This document shows, piece by piece, positions 48,066-57,937 of a stretch of 64,000 bases of DNA. The notes beneath the pieces are model-generated. The model was not told the DNA's origin and searched no databases. It was given only the letters and a program-made list of their open reading frames with translations. The DNA comes from an uncultured Gemmatimonadales bacterium (GTDB taxonomy: Bacteria; Gemmatimonadota; Gemmatimonadetes; Gemmatimonadales; GWC2-71-9). Both the position numbers and the translations under genes were made by a program. The stretch spans positions 160,001-224,000 of the forward strand of contig CAWCFX010000002.1 in assembly GCA_963795085.1 (NCBI GenBank), read 5' to 3'. Numbering within the stretch: the stretch's first letter is position 1; every line of letters starts with the position of its first letter.

Positions 48066-49342
48066 GCACCCGCACGGTCGAGTTCGAACTGAGCACGCCG
48101 GGCCTCGACGCCCGTGGCCAGGTTGTGCCGCTGCCCCTGGGCGTCCCCGGCGGCGATGCCCCGGCGGATCACCTGGGCGGGGAGCACATGCTGGTGAACC
48201 TGGGACCCCAGCACCCGGCCACCCATGGCGTGCTGCGACTGGTGGTGGAGCTGGAAGGCGAAGTGGTGCGCCGGGTGATTCCCCACGTGGGCTACCTCCA
48301 CTCCGGCTTCGAGAAACTGGGCGAATACCGCCACTACAACCAGATCATCCCGCTCACGGACCGGACCGACTACCTGGCGCCGATGGCCAACAACGTCTGC
48401 CTGGCGCTGGCGGCCGAGAAGCTGATGGGCATCGAGATCACCGAACGGTGCACCGTGCTCCGGGTGATCGCCTGCGAGATGAGCCGGATCATCAGTCACC
48501 TGGTCTGGCTGGGGACCACGGGGATCGACCTGGGTGCGTTCACGCCCTTTCTCTGGTCCTTCCAGGAGCGGGAGCGGATCTACAATTTGCAGGAGTCCTG
48601 GACCGGCGCCCGGCTGACCACCAGTCTTACCCGGGTCGGCGGCATGATGGCGGATGTTCCCGAGGGCTGGGAGAACGGCCTCCGGGAATTCTGCCGCACC
48701 TTTCCGACGACCCTGCGCGAGGTGGACACCATGTTCACCCGCAACGCCATCTGGATCGGGCGGACCCAGGGGGTCGGGGCGATGAACGCCGAGGACGCCA
48801 TCAACCACTCGCTTTCCGGCCCGATGCTCCGGGCCAGCGGCGTGGATTATGACGTCAGGAAAGATCGCCCCTACCTGGGGTACGAGACCTACGATTTCGA
48901 CGTGCCGATCGGCGAGCATGGCGATGTCTATGATCGCTACCGGGTGCGGCTGGAGGAGATGTTCCAGTCGGTGCGCATCCTGGAACAGGCGCTCGACCGG
49001 CTGCAGCCGGGACCGATCAACGTCGCCGACCCCCGCCTGGTCCTGCCGCCCAAGTCGCGCGCGATGAGCGACATGGAAGCGATGATCTATCACTTCAAGC
49101 AGGTGATGGAGGGGGTGAAGGCCCCGATCGGCGAGGCCTATATGGGCATCGAGAATCCCAAGGGCGAGCTGGGCTATTACTTCGTCTCCGACGGCACCGC
49201 CAAGCCGGTGCGCTGGCGGATCCGGCCCCCGGCCTTCATCAACCTGGCCTGCCTGCCCCGGCTGTGCGAAGGCGCCCTCCTGGCCGACGTCATCGCCATC
49301 AACGCGAGCATCGACATCGTGATGGGAGAGGTGGACCGATGA
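48062..49342 (+). CDS. nuoD: NADH-quinone oxidoreductase subunit D
   Basis: NLGPQHPATHGVLRL, GYLHSGFEK, ENPKGELG, DIVMGEVDR. Confidence 0.99.
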   Translation: MSTRTVEFELSTPGLDARGQVVPLPLGVPGGDAPADHLGGEHMLVNLGPQHPATHGVLRLVVELEGEVVRRVIPHVGYLHSGFEKLGEYRHYNQIIPLTDRTDYLAPMANNVCLALAAEKLMGIEITERCTVLRVIACEMSRIISHLVWLGTTGIDLGAFTPFLWSFQERERIYNLQESWTGARLTTSLTRVGGMMADVPEGWENGLREFCRTFPTTLREVDTMFTRNAIWIGRTQGVGAMNAEDAINHSLSGPMLRASGVDYDVRKDRPYLGYETYDFDVPIGEHGDVYDRYRVRLEEMFQSVRILEQALDRLQPGPINVADPRLVLPPKSRAMSDMEAMIYHFKQVMEGVKAPIGEAYMGIENPKGELGYYFVSDGTAKPVRWRIRPPAFINLACLPRLCEGALLADVIAINASIDIVMGEVDR

Positions 49343-49884
49343 GCGACCTGGTTTCCATCAACGGCGCCCCGCGGGAACCGTCACTGACGACCCATCCCGC
49401 CGAGCACTATGAGCCGGTGTTCGTGGGGGAAGCCCGGGCAAAGCTGGAGGCGATGTTCGCCAGCTATCCCACTCGGCAGGCCCTGCTGCTCCCGGCGCTG
49501 TGGATGATCCAGGAGGCCCGCGGCTGGATTCCGGAGCAGGCCATCGCCGAGGTGGCCGACGTGCTCGGCCTGACGCCGGCGCAGGTAAAGGGCGTGGTGA
49601 CCTTCTACACGATGTACCATACCCACCCGGTGGGCCGGCATTTCGTCCAGGTCTGCACCACCAGCCCCTGCAACCTGTGCGGCGCGGAAGACGTGGTCAA
49701 AGCCATTCTCCGGGAGACCGGGTGCGGGGAACTGGGCCGCACCAGCCCGGACGGCCGTTTTACCGTGATCGAAGTCGAGTGCCTCGGCGCCTGCGGGTTC
49801 GCGACCCCGGTGCTGGTCAATGACGACTTCCTGGAGAACGTCACGCCGGAGCGGGTCCCCGGCATCCTGCAGAGGTACCAGTAA
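49339..49884 (+). CDS. nuoE: NADH-quinone oxidoreductase subunit E
   Basis: VVTFYTMY, CTTSPC, ECLGAC. Confidence 0.97.
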   Translation: MSDLVSINGAPREPSLTTHPAEHYEPVFVGEARAKLEAMFASYPTRQALLLPALWMIQEARGWIPEQAIAEVADVLGLTPAQVKGVVTFYTMYHTHPVGRHFVQVCTTSPCNLCGAEDVVKAILRETGCGELGRTSPDGRFTVIEVECLGACGFATPVLVNDDFLENVTPERVPGILQRYQ

Positions 49885-51191
49885 TGGGCTATCCGCACCC
49901 GAGTCACCCCAGGGAAACGGTCGTCCTTTCGAAGTATTTCGGTGACGCCGCGGCCCGCACTTATGACGGCTGGATGGAGCGGGGCGGTTACCAGGCCCTG
50001 AAGCAGGCCCTGGCCATGACGCCCGAGGCCATCATCGAGGTCGTGAAGGCCTCGGGGCTTCGCGGCCGGGGCGGCGCCGGGTTTCCAACCGGTCTCAAGT
50101 GGTCCTTCATGCCGAAGGGCGACGGCAAGCCGCACTACCTGGTCTGCAACGCCGACGAGTCCGAACCGGGCACCTTCAAGGACCGGGAGATCATGCGGTG
50201 GACGCCGCACGGCCTGATCGAAGGCTGCGCCATCGCCGCCTACGCCATCGGCGCCGAGCGCTGCTACATCTACATCCGGGGGGAGTTCACGGAACCCTGG
50301 AAGGTGATGGGCCGGGCGGTCGAAGAGGCCTACGCCCAGGGCGTGCTCGGGGCCAATGCGATGGGGTCCGGCAAGCGCATTGACATCGTGCTCCACCGGG
50401 GGGCGGGCGCCTATATCTGCGGCGAAGAGACCGCCATGCTCAACTCGCTCGAGGGCAAGCGGGGCAACCCCAGGATCAAGCCGCCCTTCCCGGCCCAGGC
50501 CGGGGCTTTCGGGCTGCCCACCACGGTGAACAACGTGGAGACGCTGGCCGCGGTGCCCCACATCATGACCCGGGGCGCCGAGTGGTACAAGGGACTCTGC
50601 CTCAGCAACCCCAAGAGCACGGGGACCAAGCTGATCTCGGTGTGCGGGCACATCCAGCGGCCCGGCAACTACGAGATCACCATGGGGTTTCCCATGAAGG
50701 ACCTGATCTTCGAGATGGCCGGAGGCATGCGGCCGGGCCGCAAGCTCAAGGCGGTGATCCCCGGCGGGTCCTCGGTGCCGATCATGACCGCCGCCGAGAC
50801 CGAGGACTGCCTGATGGACTACGAGGGGATCGTGGCCCGCGGGTCGATGCTGGGCTCGGCCGGCTTCATCGTGATGGACGATTCCACCGACATGGTGTAC
50901 CAGATCTACCGGCTGGCCCGGTTCTATGCCCACGAATCGTGCGCCCAGTGCACCCAGTGCCGGGAAGGCACCGCATGGACGGTCAAGATCATGGAGCGGA
51001 TGCTGGCCGGCAAAGGCAAGCAGGAGGACCTCACCCTGCTGCTCGATCTGTCCGACCAGATGACCGGCAAGACCATCTGCGTGCTGAGCGACTCCTGCGC
51101 CGCGCCGGTCGTGAGCGGGATCCAGAAGTTCCCGGAGGAGTTCGAGGCCTACGTCTCGGGCAGCCGGAAGCCGGTGATGGCCGGAGTATGA
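49884..51191 (+). CDS. nuoF: NADH-quinone oxidoreductase subunit F
   Basis: GLRGRGGAGFPTGLKW, NADESEPG, GAGAYICGEETA, ESCAQCTQCREG. Confidence 0.99.
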   Translation: MGYPHPSHPRETVVLSKYFGDAAARTYDGWMERGGYQALKQALAMTPEAIIEVVKASGLRGRGGAGFPTGLKWSFMPKGDGKPHYLVCNADESEPGTFKDREIMRWTPHGLIEGCAIAAYAIGAERCYIYIRGEFTEPWKVMGRAVEEAYAQGVLGANAMGSGKRIDIVLHRGAGAYICGEETAMLNSLEGKRGNPRIKPPFPAQAGAFGLPTTVNNVETLAAVPHIMTRGAEWYKGLCLSNPKSTGTKLISVCGHIQRPGNYEITMGFPMKDLIFEMAGGMRPGRKLKAVIPGGSSVPIMTAAETEDCLMDYEGIVARGSMLGSAGFIVMDDSTDMVYQIYRLARFYAHESCAQCTQCREGTAWTVKIMERMLAGKGKQEDLTLLLDLSDQMTGKTICVLSDSCAAPVVSGIQKFPEEFEAYVSGSRKPVMAGV

Positions 51192-51197
51192 ACAACT

Positions 51198-51336
51198 CGT
51201 ACAGAGTACCGGGTGCAGCGTGCAGCGGCACGGGCTCTCTCGCCAGACTGGGGCATGCAATGTCAGTTGGTCGAATCACCACGATGCCGGTCGATGCGGG
51301 GTGCAGGCTGCACGCTGCACGCGGCACGCGGCACGA
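51198..51336. repeat. Inverted heptamer-repeat element in the nuoF-nuoG gap
   Basis: GTGCAGCGTGCAGC (51213-51226) and its exact reverse complement GCTGCACGCTGCAC (51307-51320), with further degenerate heptamers. Confidence 0.75.
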
Positions 51337-51351
51337 CTCACCGTTACTTCC

Positions 51352-52938
51352 ATGACTCAGGATCTTGTCAAAGTCACCATCGACGGAATGGTGATTGAGG
51401 TCCCGAAGGGGACCACGATCATCGAGGCCGCCAAGCAGGCCGGCATCCTGGTGCCGCACTACTGCTATCATCCCTCGCTGCCCTCGCCGGCGGTGTGCCG
51501 GATGTGCCTGGTGGAAGTGGAAAAGGCGCCCAAGCTGGCTCCCGCCTGCGTCACCGCGGTCGCGGAGGGCCAGGTGGTGCATGTCAACAGCGCCTCGGCG
51601 AAGAAGGCCCGGGAGGGCGTGCTCGAGCTGCTGCTGATCAACCACCCGCTGGACTGCCCCATCTGCGACCAGGCGGGGGAGTGCGAACTGCAGGACTACG
51701 TCTTCCAGGAAGGCCGGGCGAACACCCGGTACGAGGCGTATGCCAAGCGGTACAACCCGGTCGAGGACTTCGGACCCGACGTATTGTACGTGCCCAACCG
51801 GTGCATCCTGTGTACCCGCTGCGTCCGGTTCATGGATGACGTGGCCAAGGACCCGGTGCTCAACGTCTCGGAGCGGGGCGACCGGGCCTTCATCGGGATC
51901 GACCCGGACCACGAGCTGACCCACATGTGGTCGGGCAACGTGGTGGATCTCTGTCCGGTTGGGTCGCTCATCAGCAAGGATTTCCTGCACAAGGCCCGGG
52001 CCTGGGACCTGGACAAGACCGCCAGCGTCTGCCCCGGCTGCAGCCAGGGCTGCAACACCATGATCGACACCCGGGACAACACGGTCGTGCGGCTGCGTCC
52101 CCGGCCCAACCTGGACGTCAACCGGCACTTCATGTGCGACTATGGCCGGCTCAACTACCGCTGGTTGAACCGGGGTGACCGGATCGAAGCGCCCCTGGTC
52201 CGGGAGGGTGGCCGCCACGTCGCGATGGACTGGGATGCGGCGCTCGAGCGGTTGGCTGAAATGGTCCGGGGCGCCTCGGGGCCGGTGGTCCTGGTCGCCG
52301 GCGGCAGCAGTTCGACCGAAGACCTGGCCTATGTGAAGCAGTTGCTGGACGGCGCCGCCCTGACCGCTGCCGCGCTCGTGCCCGAGTCGGGCGACGAGCA
52401 TCCCCTGCCCGGGATCCCCAACCTGGCGCTCCGGTCGGCCCGCGCGGCCAACGGCGACGGGGCCCGGCTGCTGGGGTACCAGGTCGGCGATGGCACTGCG
52501 GCGCTGCGAGCGGCGGAAACGGCCGGCCTCGTGGTCCTGCTCAACGCCGAGCTGCCGGAGGCGGCCGCCGCGCGGCTCGCGGGGCACAGCGGCCTGGTCA
52601 TCATCGGCACGGTTGCCAGCGACCTCGATCGCCATGCCCAGCTCGTGCTTCCCATGACCAACATGGCCGAAGAGCATGGCACGTTCGTGAACCGGGACCT
52701 CCGGGTCCAGCGCTACAACCAGGCCCGCAGTCCGCTCGGGATGGCCCGCCCGGCCTGGTGGATCGCCGCCGAGACGATGGCGGTCGCCACGGCGGGGTAC
52801 CGGGGACCGGGCACGGCGGCAGAGGCCTTTGACATGATGGCCGATTCGGTCGCCGCCTTTGGCGGTCTCCGGCACGCGGACCTGGGCCTGACCGGGCGGG
52901 TCCTGGCCGCCGCGCCGGCCGCGGAGGCGACCCGGTGA
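51352..52938 (+). CDS. nuoG: NADH-quinone oxidoreductase subunit G
   Basis: PHYCYH, CRMCLVE, HPLDCPICDQAGEC, CILCTRCVRF, CPGCSQGC. Confidence 0.97.
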   Translation: MTQDLVKVTIDGMVIEVPKGTTIIEAAKQAGILVPHYCYHPSLPSPAVCRMCLVEVEKAPKLAPACVTAVAEGQVVHVNSASAKKAREGVLELLLINHPLDCPICDQAGECELQDYVFQEGRANTRYEAYAKRYNPVEDFGPDVLYVPNRCILCTRCVRFMDDVAKDPVLNVSERGDRAFIGIDPDHELTHMWSGNVVDLCPVGSLISKDFLHKARAWDLDKTASVCPGCSQGCNTMIDTRDNTVVRLRPRPNLDVNRHFMCDYGRLNYRWLNRGDRIEAPLVREGGRHVAMDWDAALERLAEMVRGASGPVVLVAGGSSSTEDLAYVKQLLDGAALTAAALVPESGDEHPLPGIPNLALRSARAANGDGARLLGYQVGDGTAALRAAETAGLVVLLNAELPEAAAARLAGHSGLVIIGTVASDLDRHAQLVLPMTNMAEEHGTFVNRDLRVQRYNQARSPLGMARPAWWIAAETMAVATAGYRGPGTAAEAFDMMADSVAAFGGLRHADLGLTGRVLAAAPAAEATR

Positions 52939-54182
52939 CGCCCGAACTGAAGGGGTTCCTGCTGGTCACCGCCCTCAAGATGCTGCTGGTCTTCACGGTG
53001 GTCATGGTGGGCGTGGCGCTGCTCACGCTCATGGAGCGCAAGGTCTCCGCCTGGATGCAGAACCGGATCGGGCCCAACCGGGTCGGCTACGGGGGGCTGC
53101 TGCAGCCGGCCGCCGACGGCCTCAAGAACATCCTCAAGGAGGAAACCAATCCTCCCTTCGCCAGCCGGATCCTGTTCAACCTGGCGCCGGCCATGGCCTT
53201 CATTCCGGCCCTGCTCCTGTCGGCGGTGATTCCGTTCGCGGCGCCGCTGCCGGTCTCGTTCGATTTCACGGTTCCGCTGCTGGGGCGTTTCCTGCACACC
53301 GGGTCCACCCCCATGGTGGTGGCGGACCTGCCGGTCGGCTTTCTCTTCGTGATCGCGATCAGCTCGCTGGGCGTGTACGGGATCGCGCTGGCCGGCTGGG
53401 CGTCGAACAGCAAGTACTCTCTGCTGGGCGGGCTCCGGGCCAGCGCCCAGATGGTTTCCTACGAGGTGGCGATGGGGATGAGCCTGATCCCGGTGCTGCT
53501 CCTGGCCGGCAATGTCTCGTTCTCGTCCATCATCGCCAGCCAGCAGGCGGGGCTCTGGTACATCCTGCCGCTGTTCCTGTCGTTCTTCGTGTTTCTGATC
53601 TCGGGGTTTGCGGAGACCAACCGGCTGCCCTTCGACATGCCGGAGGCGGAGTCGGAGCTGATCGCCGGCTACCACACCGAGTACAGCGCGATGAAGTTCT
53701 CGCTGTTCTTCATCGCCGAGTACGCCAACATGGTTACCATCTCGGCGATGACGGCGACCCTGTTCTTCGGGGGCTGGGACATCCCGGGCAGCTGGGACCA
53801 GACCCACAGCGGGCTCCTGGTGACCCTGGCGACCGGGCTGGCCTTCTTCCTCAAGGTCTTCTTCTTCCTGTTCCTGTTCATGTGGATCCGGTGGACGCTG
53901 CCCCGGTTCCGGTTCGACCAGCTCATGGCCCTGGGGTGGAAGGTGCTGCTGCCGATGGCGCTGGCCTATATCATGGTGACCGCGGCGGCGATTTTCGTGA
54001 TCCAGGACCTGCTGGGGGTGACCAGCGTCCGGCTGCAGCACCTGATCCTGTTCGGGCTCAACGTGGTGCTGGGCTGGCTGGTGTTCTTCCTGCTGGACCG
54101 GGACACGGTGATCGCGGGGTCCCAGATGCGGAGGAGGGAAGGGCTGGTGAAGACAGGGGCCGCGGCGCCGGAGGCAGGGTAG
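52935..54182 (+). CDS. nuoH: NADH-quinone oxidoreductase subunit H
   Basis: ERKV...Q.RIGPNRVG, AETNRLPFDMPEAESEL..GYHTEYS, PRFRFDQLM. Confidence 0.99.
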   Translation: MTPELKGFLLVTALKMLLVFTVVMVGVALLTLMERKVSAWMQNRIGPNRVGYGGLLQPAADGLKNILKEETNPPFASRILFNLAPAMAFIPALLLSAVIPFAAPLPVSFDFTVPLLGRFLHTGSTPMVVADLPVGFLFVIAISSLGVYGIALAGWASNSKYSLLGGLRASAQMVSYEVAMGMSLIPVLLLAGNVSFSSIIASQQAGLWYILPLFLSFFVFLISGFAETNRLPFDMPEAESELIAGYHTEYSAMKFSLFFIAEYANMVTISAMTATLFFGGWDIPGSWDQTHSGLLVTLATGLAFFLKVFFFLFLFMWIRWTLPRFRFDQLMALGWKVLLPMALAYIMVTAAAIFVIQDLLGVTSVRLQHLILFGLNVVLGWLVFFLLDRDTVIAGSQMRRREGLVKTGAAAPEAG

Positions 54183-54358
54183 TTCCGGGGCGGGCGACTT
54201 CAATGAGCGGGACGGTTGTGTCCGAAAATCACGAACCCACGCAGGATCGCGAACACTCGACGCACGCGGTACGACGGACAAACTACCGAAGATGCTTTCG
54301 TGATCCTGTACTCGAACCTGCATCACCGAGATGCCGGGGTAACCCAAACGGAGCCTGA

Positions 54359-54865
54359 ATGGCAATCGGCGTCAAAATCATGAAGCGGCCGGATGAGAAG
54401 GTGTCCTACATCCGCGCCACCCTCAAGGGCATGGCGCTCACCTTCAAGCATATTTTCCAGCCGAAGGTCACCATGCAGTACCCGGAGCAGAAGAGCACCG
54501 CCGACTGGAGCATCTCGCCCCGGTGGCGGGGCACCCACCGGATGCTCACCGACGAGCAGGGCCGGTCCAAGTGCGTGGCCTGCGGCCTCTGTCCCCAGAT
54601 CTGCCCGGCCAACTGCATCAAGCTGGTGCCGGGCGAAGACGAGGAGGGCAACCGCTACCCACTGATCTACGAGATCGACGAGTTCCGCTGCGTCTTCTGC
54701 GGGTACTGCCAGGAGGTCTGTCCCGAGGAGGCAATCCACGTGGGGGTCCACTTCGAGAACTCGGAGTACTCCCGGGAGCGGTTCGTGTACGACCTGGAGC
54801 GGCTGCAGTCGCAGACCCATGCCGTGTCCACGTTGTGGGATCCCACCGATCCCCGGGGCGAATAG
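54359..54865 (+). CDS. nuoI: NADH-quinone oxidoreductase subunit I
   Basis: CVACGLCPQICP, CVFCGYCQEVCP. Confidence 0.98.
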   Translation: MAIGVKIMKRPDEKVSYIRATLKGMALTFKHIFQPKVTMQYPEQKSTADWSISPRWRGTHRMLTDEQGRSKCVACGLCPQICPANCIKLVPGEDEEGNRYPLIYEIDEFRCVFCGYCQEVCPEEAIHVGVHFENSEYSRERFVYDLERLQSQTHAVSTLWDPTDPRGE

Positions 54866-55423
54866 ATGACGCACGCGGTCTTCTATTTCTTCGCCACGGT
54901 CGCCCTGCTGTCGGCGCTGCTCTGCATCCTGCAGAAGAATCCGATCGCGGCGGCGCTCTGGCTGGTGAGCACCATGTTCTCGCTGGCGGCCATTTACGTG
55001 CTGCTGCACGCGCCCTTCATCGCGGCCATCCAGGTGCTGGTGTACGCCGGGGCGGTGATGGTGCTTTTCCTGTTCGTGATCATGCTGCTCAACCTGGGCA
55101 AGGCGAAGAGCGATCTCCGCGGTTTCGGGTACGGGCTGGTTGCCCTGGTGGTGGTGGGGATCCTGGCGTCGCAGCTGCTGCCCCTGATCCGCTACAGCCC
55201 GGAACGGGTCACCCTGGAGTATACCGGCACCGAGGCGATGGCCAATCCCGACCTGGTCTTCCCGGCCGGGCGGGCCGGGCTGGAGGCGACCCAGTCCCAG
55301 GGGGTCGTGGGGGCGGTGGCCCAGCCGCTGTTTGAAGCCTACCTGGTTCCGTTCGAGCTCACCTCGATACTGCTGCTGGCCGCCATCGTGGGCGCGGTCG
55401 TGCTGGCGAAGCGGAGGATCTGA
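54866..55423 (+). CDS. nuoJ: NADH-quinone oxidoreductase subunit J
   Basis: [30 protein letters not shown]. Confidence 0.98.
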   Translation: MTHAVFYFFATVALLSALLCILQKNPIAAALWLVSTMFSLAAIYVLLHAPFIAAIQVLVYAGAVMVLFLFVIMLLNLGKAKSDLRGFGYGLVALVVVGILASQLLPLIRYSPERVTLEYTGTEAMANPDLVFPAGRAGLEATQSQGVVGAVAQPLFEAYLVPFELTSILLLAAIVGAVVLAKRRI

Positions 55424-55719
55424 TGCTGCTGGGCGAGTCCCTGGCCCTCTCGGCCCTCCTGTTCAGCCTCGGCGTGGCCGGGGTCCTGATCCGGCGCAAT
55501 GCCATCGTGCTGTTCATGTGCATCGAGCTCATGCTCAACGCCGTGAATCTGGCGTTCGTGGCGCTGGCCCAGGTCCACGGCCTGGGCGGGCAGGTCATCG
55601 TGTTCTTCGTGATGACGGTGGCGGCGGCGGAAGCCGCGGTCGGGCTGGCCATCATCCTGGCCATCTTCCGGCATACCGAGTCGGTGGACCTCAATAACAT
55701 CAACCTGCTCAAGGGCTGA
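55423..55719 (+). CDS. nuoK: NADH-quinone oxidoreductase subunit K
   Basis: [24 protein letters not shown]. Confidence 0.98.
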   Translation: MLLGESLALSALLFSLGVAGVLIRRNAIVLFMCIELMLNAVNLAFVALAQVHGLGGQVIVFFVMTVAAAEAAVGLAIILAIFRHTESVDLNNINLLKG

Positions 55720-57773
55720 TGACTTCCCCTCTTCTGGCCGTACTCGGGACCCCGTACGCGGCGCTGACCCAGCACGCCGGCCCGGGCGGAGCGCTGGCGG
55801 GGTCAGCGGCCGACTGGATCTGGCTGGCCGTCGCGCTTCCGTTCCTCGGATTCCTGGTCAACGGCACCCTCGGGTTTGTCCGTCCCCAGGCCCGCCGGAC
55901 CGTGGCCGCGGTCGGGGTCGGCGTCATGGTGGCCGCCTTCGTCCTCGCCGTGGCAGTGTTCCTCGCCGTGCGCGCGGCCCACCCGGAGGCGCCGCACGTG
56001 GTGCGGCTCTGGTCCTGGATGCCGGCCGGGACGCTCCAGGTGGATTTTGCCTTCCAGGTGGACCAGTTGTCCACCGTGATGCTGCTGGTCATCACCGGGG
56101 TGGGCGCCTTGATCCACGTGTTCAGCGTGGGATATATGTGGAGCGACGAGGGGTTCGCGCGTTACTTCGCCTACCTGAACCTGTTCGTGTCCTTCATGCT
56201 GGTCCTGGTGCTGGGCGCCAATTTCCCCATGATGTTCATCGGCTGGGAAGGGGTAGGGCTCTGCAGCTACCTGTTGATCGGCTTCTGGTACAACGTCAAG
56301 GCCAACGCGGACGCCGGCAAGAAGGCGTTCATCGTCAACCGGATCGGCGATTTCGGGTTCCTGGTCGCGATGTTCCTGATCTGGACTTCGGTGGGATCGC
56401 TGGACTTCGTCGCGGTCTTCGACCGGGCGCCGGATGTCTTCCGGGTCGGCGGGCCGGTGGTCACCGCGATCACCCTCTTCCTGCTGCTGGGGTGCACCGG
56501 GAAATCGGCCCAGATTCCGCTCTATACCTGGCTCCCCGACGCGATGGCGGGCCCGACACCGGTCTCCGCCCTGATCCATGCCGCGACCATGGTGACCGCC
56601 GGCGTGTACCTGGTCGCCCGGACCAACCTGCTCTTTACGCTGGCGCCGACGTCCAGCCTGGTCACGGCGGGCATCGGGGCGCTGACCGCGCTGTTCGCCG
56701 CGACGATCGGCCTCCGCCAGTATGACATCAAGAAGGTGCTGGCCTATTCGACCGTCTCCCAGCTGGGCTACATGTTCCTGGGCGTCGGCGCCGCCGGCTA
56801 CGCCGCCGGAGTGTTTCACCTGGTCACCCATGCCTTCTTCAAGGCGCTGCTGTTCCTCGGCGCCGGCAGCGTGATCTACGCGATGCACCACGCGTACCAC
56901 GCCACCCACTCCCACGAAGACGCGCAGGACATGCGCAACATGGGCGGGCTGCGGCGGTACATGCCGTGGACCTTCGCACTGATGGGGCTGGCCACGCTCG
57001 CCATCGCGGGGATTCCGCCCTTCTCGGGCTTCTTCTCGAAGGATGAAATCCTGGCGACGGCGTTCGCGCGGGGCTCCGACCACCCGTTGTACTACCTCTT
57101 CTACGCCATGGGCCTGGCGGCGGCCGGGATCACCGCCTTCTACATGGCGCGGCTGATGGCCATGACCTTCCTGGGCGAGAACCGCTCGGGCGAGACGGCA
57201 CGGGAGCACCTGCACGAGGCGCCCTGGGTCATGACTGGTCCGCTGCTGGTCCTCGGCGTCCTGAGCGTCGTGGGCGGGGTGCTCAACCTTCCGCCCGTTA
57301 TCGGCGGCAACCTGGCGCTCCACCACTGGCTGCTGCCGCTGCTGGACACCAGCGAGGGGTTCCTGGCTCCGCACCAGCTGTCGCACGGCACCGAGTATCT
57401 GCTGATCGGGGCCGCCGTCGTGGTCGGAGTCGCCGGGCTGGTGCTGGGATACCGGGCCACCCTGGCGGCGGAGATCGTCCCCGCCGCGCGGGCCCCGCGG
57501 GAGCAGGGCTTCGCCCGGGTTCTCCTGCACAAGTATTACGTGGACGAGATCTACGACGCGGTGATCGTCCGGCCGCTGGCCTGGTTCAGCCGGGCCGTGC
57601 TGTGGCGGCAGGTGGATAGCAACCTCATCGACGGCCTGGCGGTTAACGGTTCCGGGCGGCTGTCCCGGGTGACGGGCCGCCTGGGCAGCGCGCTGCAGAG
57701 CGGCCGGGTCGGCGCCTATGTGGTGGCGTTCCTGGTGGGGGCGCTGTGGATTCTGTACGCGGTGATACCCTGA
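55719..57773 (+). CDS. nuoL: NADH-quinone oxidoreductase subunit L
   Basis: GWEGVG, NRIGD, GKSAQIPLYTWLPDAMAGPTPVSALIHAATMV, HAFFKALLF. Confidence 0.99.
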   Translation: MTSPLLAVLGTPYAALTQHAGPGGALAGSAADWIWLAVALPFLGFLVNGTLGFVRPQARRTVAAVGVGVMVAAFVLAVAVFLAVRAAHPEAPHVVRLWSWMPAGTLQVDFAFQVDQLSTVMLLVITGVGALIHVFSVGYMWSDEGFARYFAYLNLFVSFMLVLVLGANFPMMFIGWEGVGLCSYLLIGFWYNVKANADAGKKAFIVNRIGDFGFLVAMFLIWTSVGSLDFVAVFDRAPDVFRVGGPVVTAITLFLLLGCTGKSAQIPLYTWLPDAMAGPTPVSALIHAATMVTAGVYLVARTNLLFTLAPTSSLVTAGIGALTALFAATIGLRQYDIKKVLAYSTVSQLGYMFLGVGAAGYAAGVFHLVTHAFFKALLFLGAGSVIYAMHHAYHATHSHEDAQDMRNMGGLRRYMPWTFALMGLATLAIAGIPPFSGFFSKDEILATAFARGSDHPLYYLFYAMGLAAAGITAFYMARLMAMTFLGENRSGETAREHLHEAPWVMTGPLLVLGVLSVVGGVLNLPPVIGGNLALHHWLLPLLDTSEGFLAPHQLSHGTEYLLIGAAVVVGVAGLVLGYRATLAAEIVPAARAPREQGFARVLLHKYYVDEIYDAVIVRPLAWFSRAVLWRQVDSNLIDGLAVNGSGRLSRVTGRLGSALQSGRVGAYVVAFLVGALWILYAVIP

Positions 57774-57850
57774 GAGGGCAGAGTACAGAGTACAGAGTGC
57801 AGAGTGGAGAGTACAGAGTGCAGAGTGCAGCGTGCAGAGTGCAGCGTGAT
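57774..57850. repeat. Heptamer tandem repeat (GAGTRCA-like x11) in the nuoL-nuoM gap
   Basis: GAGGGCA GAGTACA GAGTACA GAGTGCA GAGTGGA GAGTACA GAGTGCA GAGTGCA GCGTGCA GAGTGCA GCGTGAT starting right after the nuoL stop. Confidence 0.93.
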
Positions 57851-57937
57851 GGATTTCTCCTGGATGGCCCATTGAATGATCGATGACATGACCCAGATTT
57901 TCAGCACCCGGTACGCGGCACCACTCGCGACCGCGCC

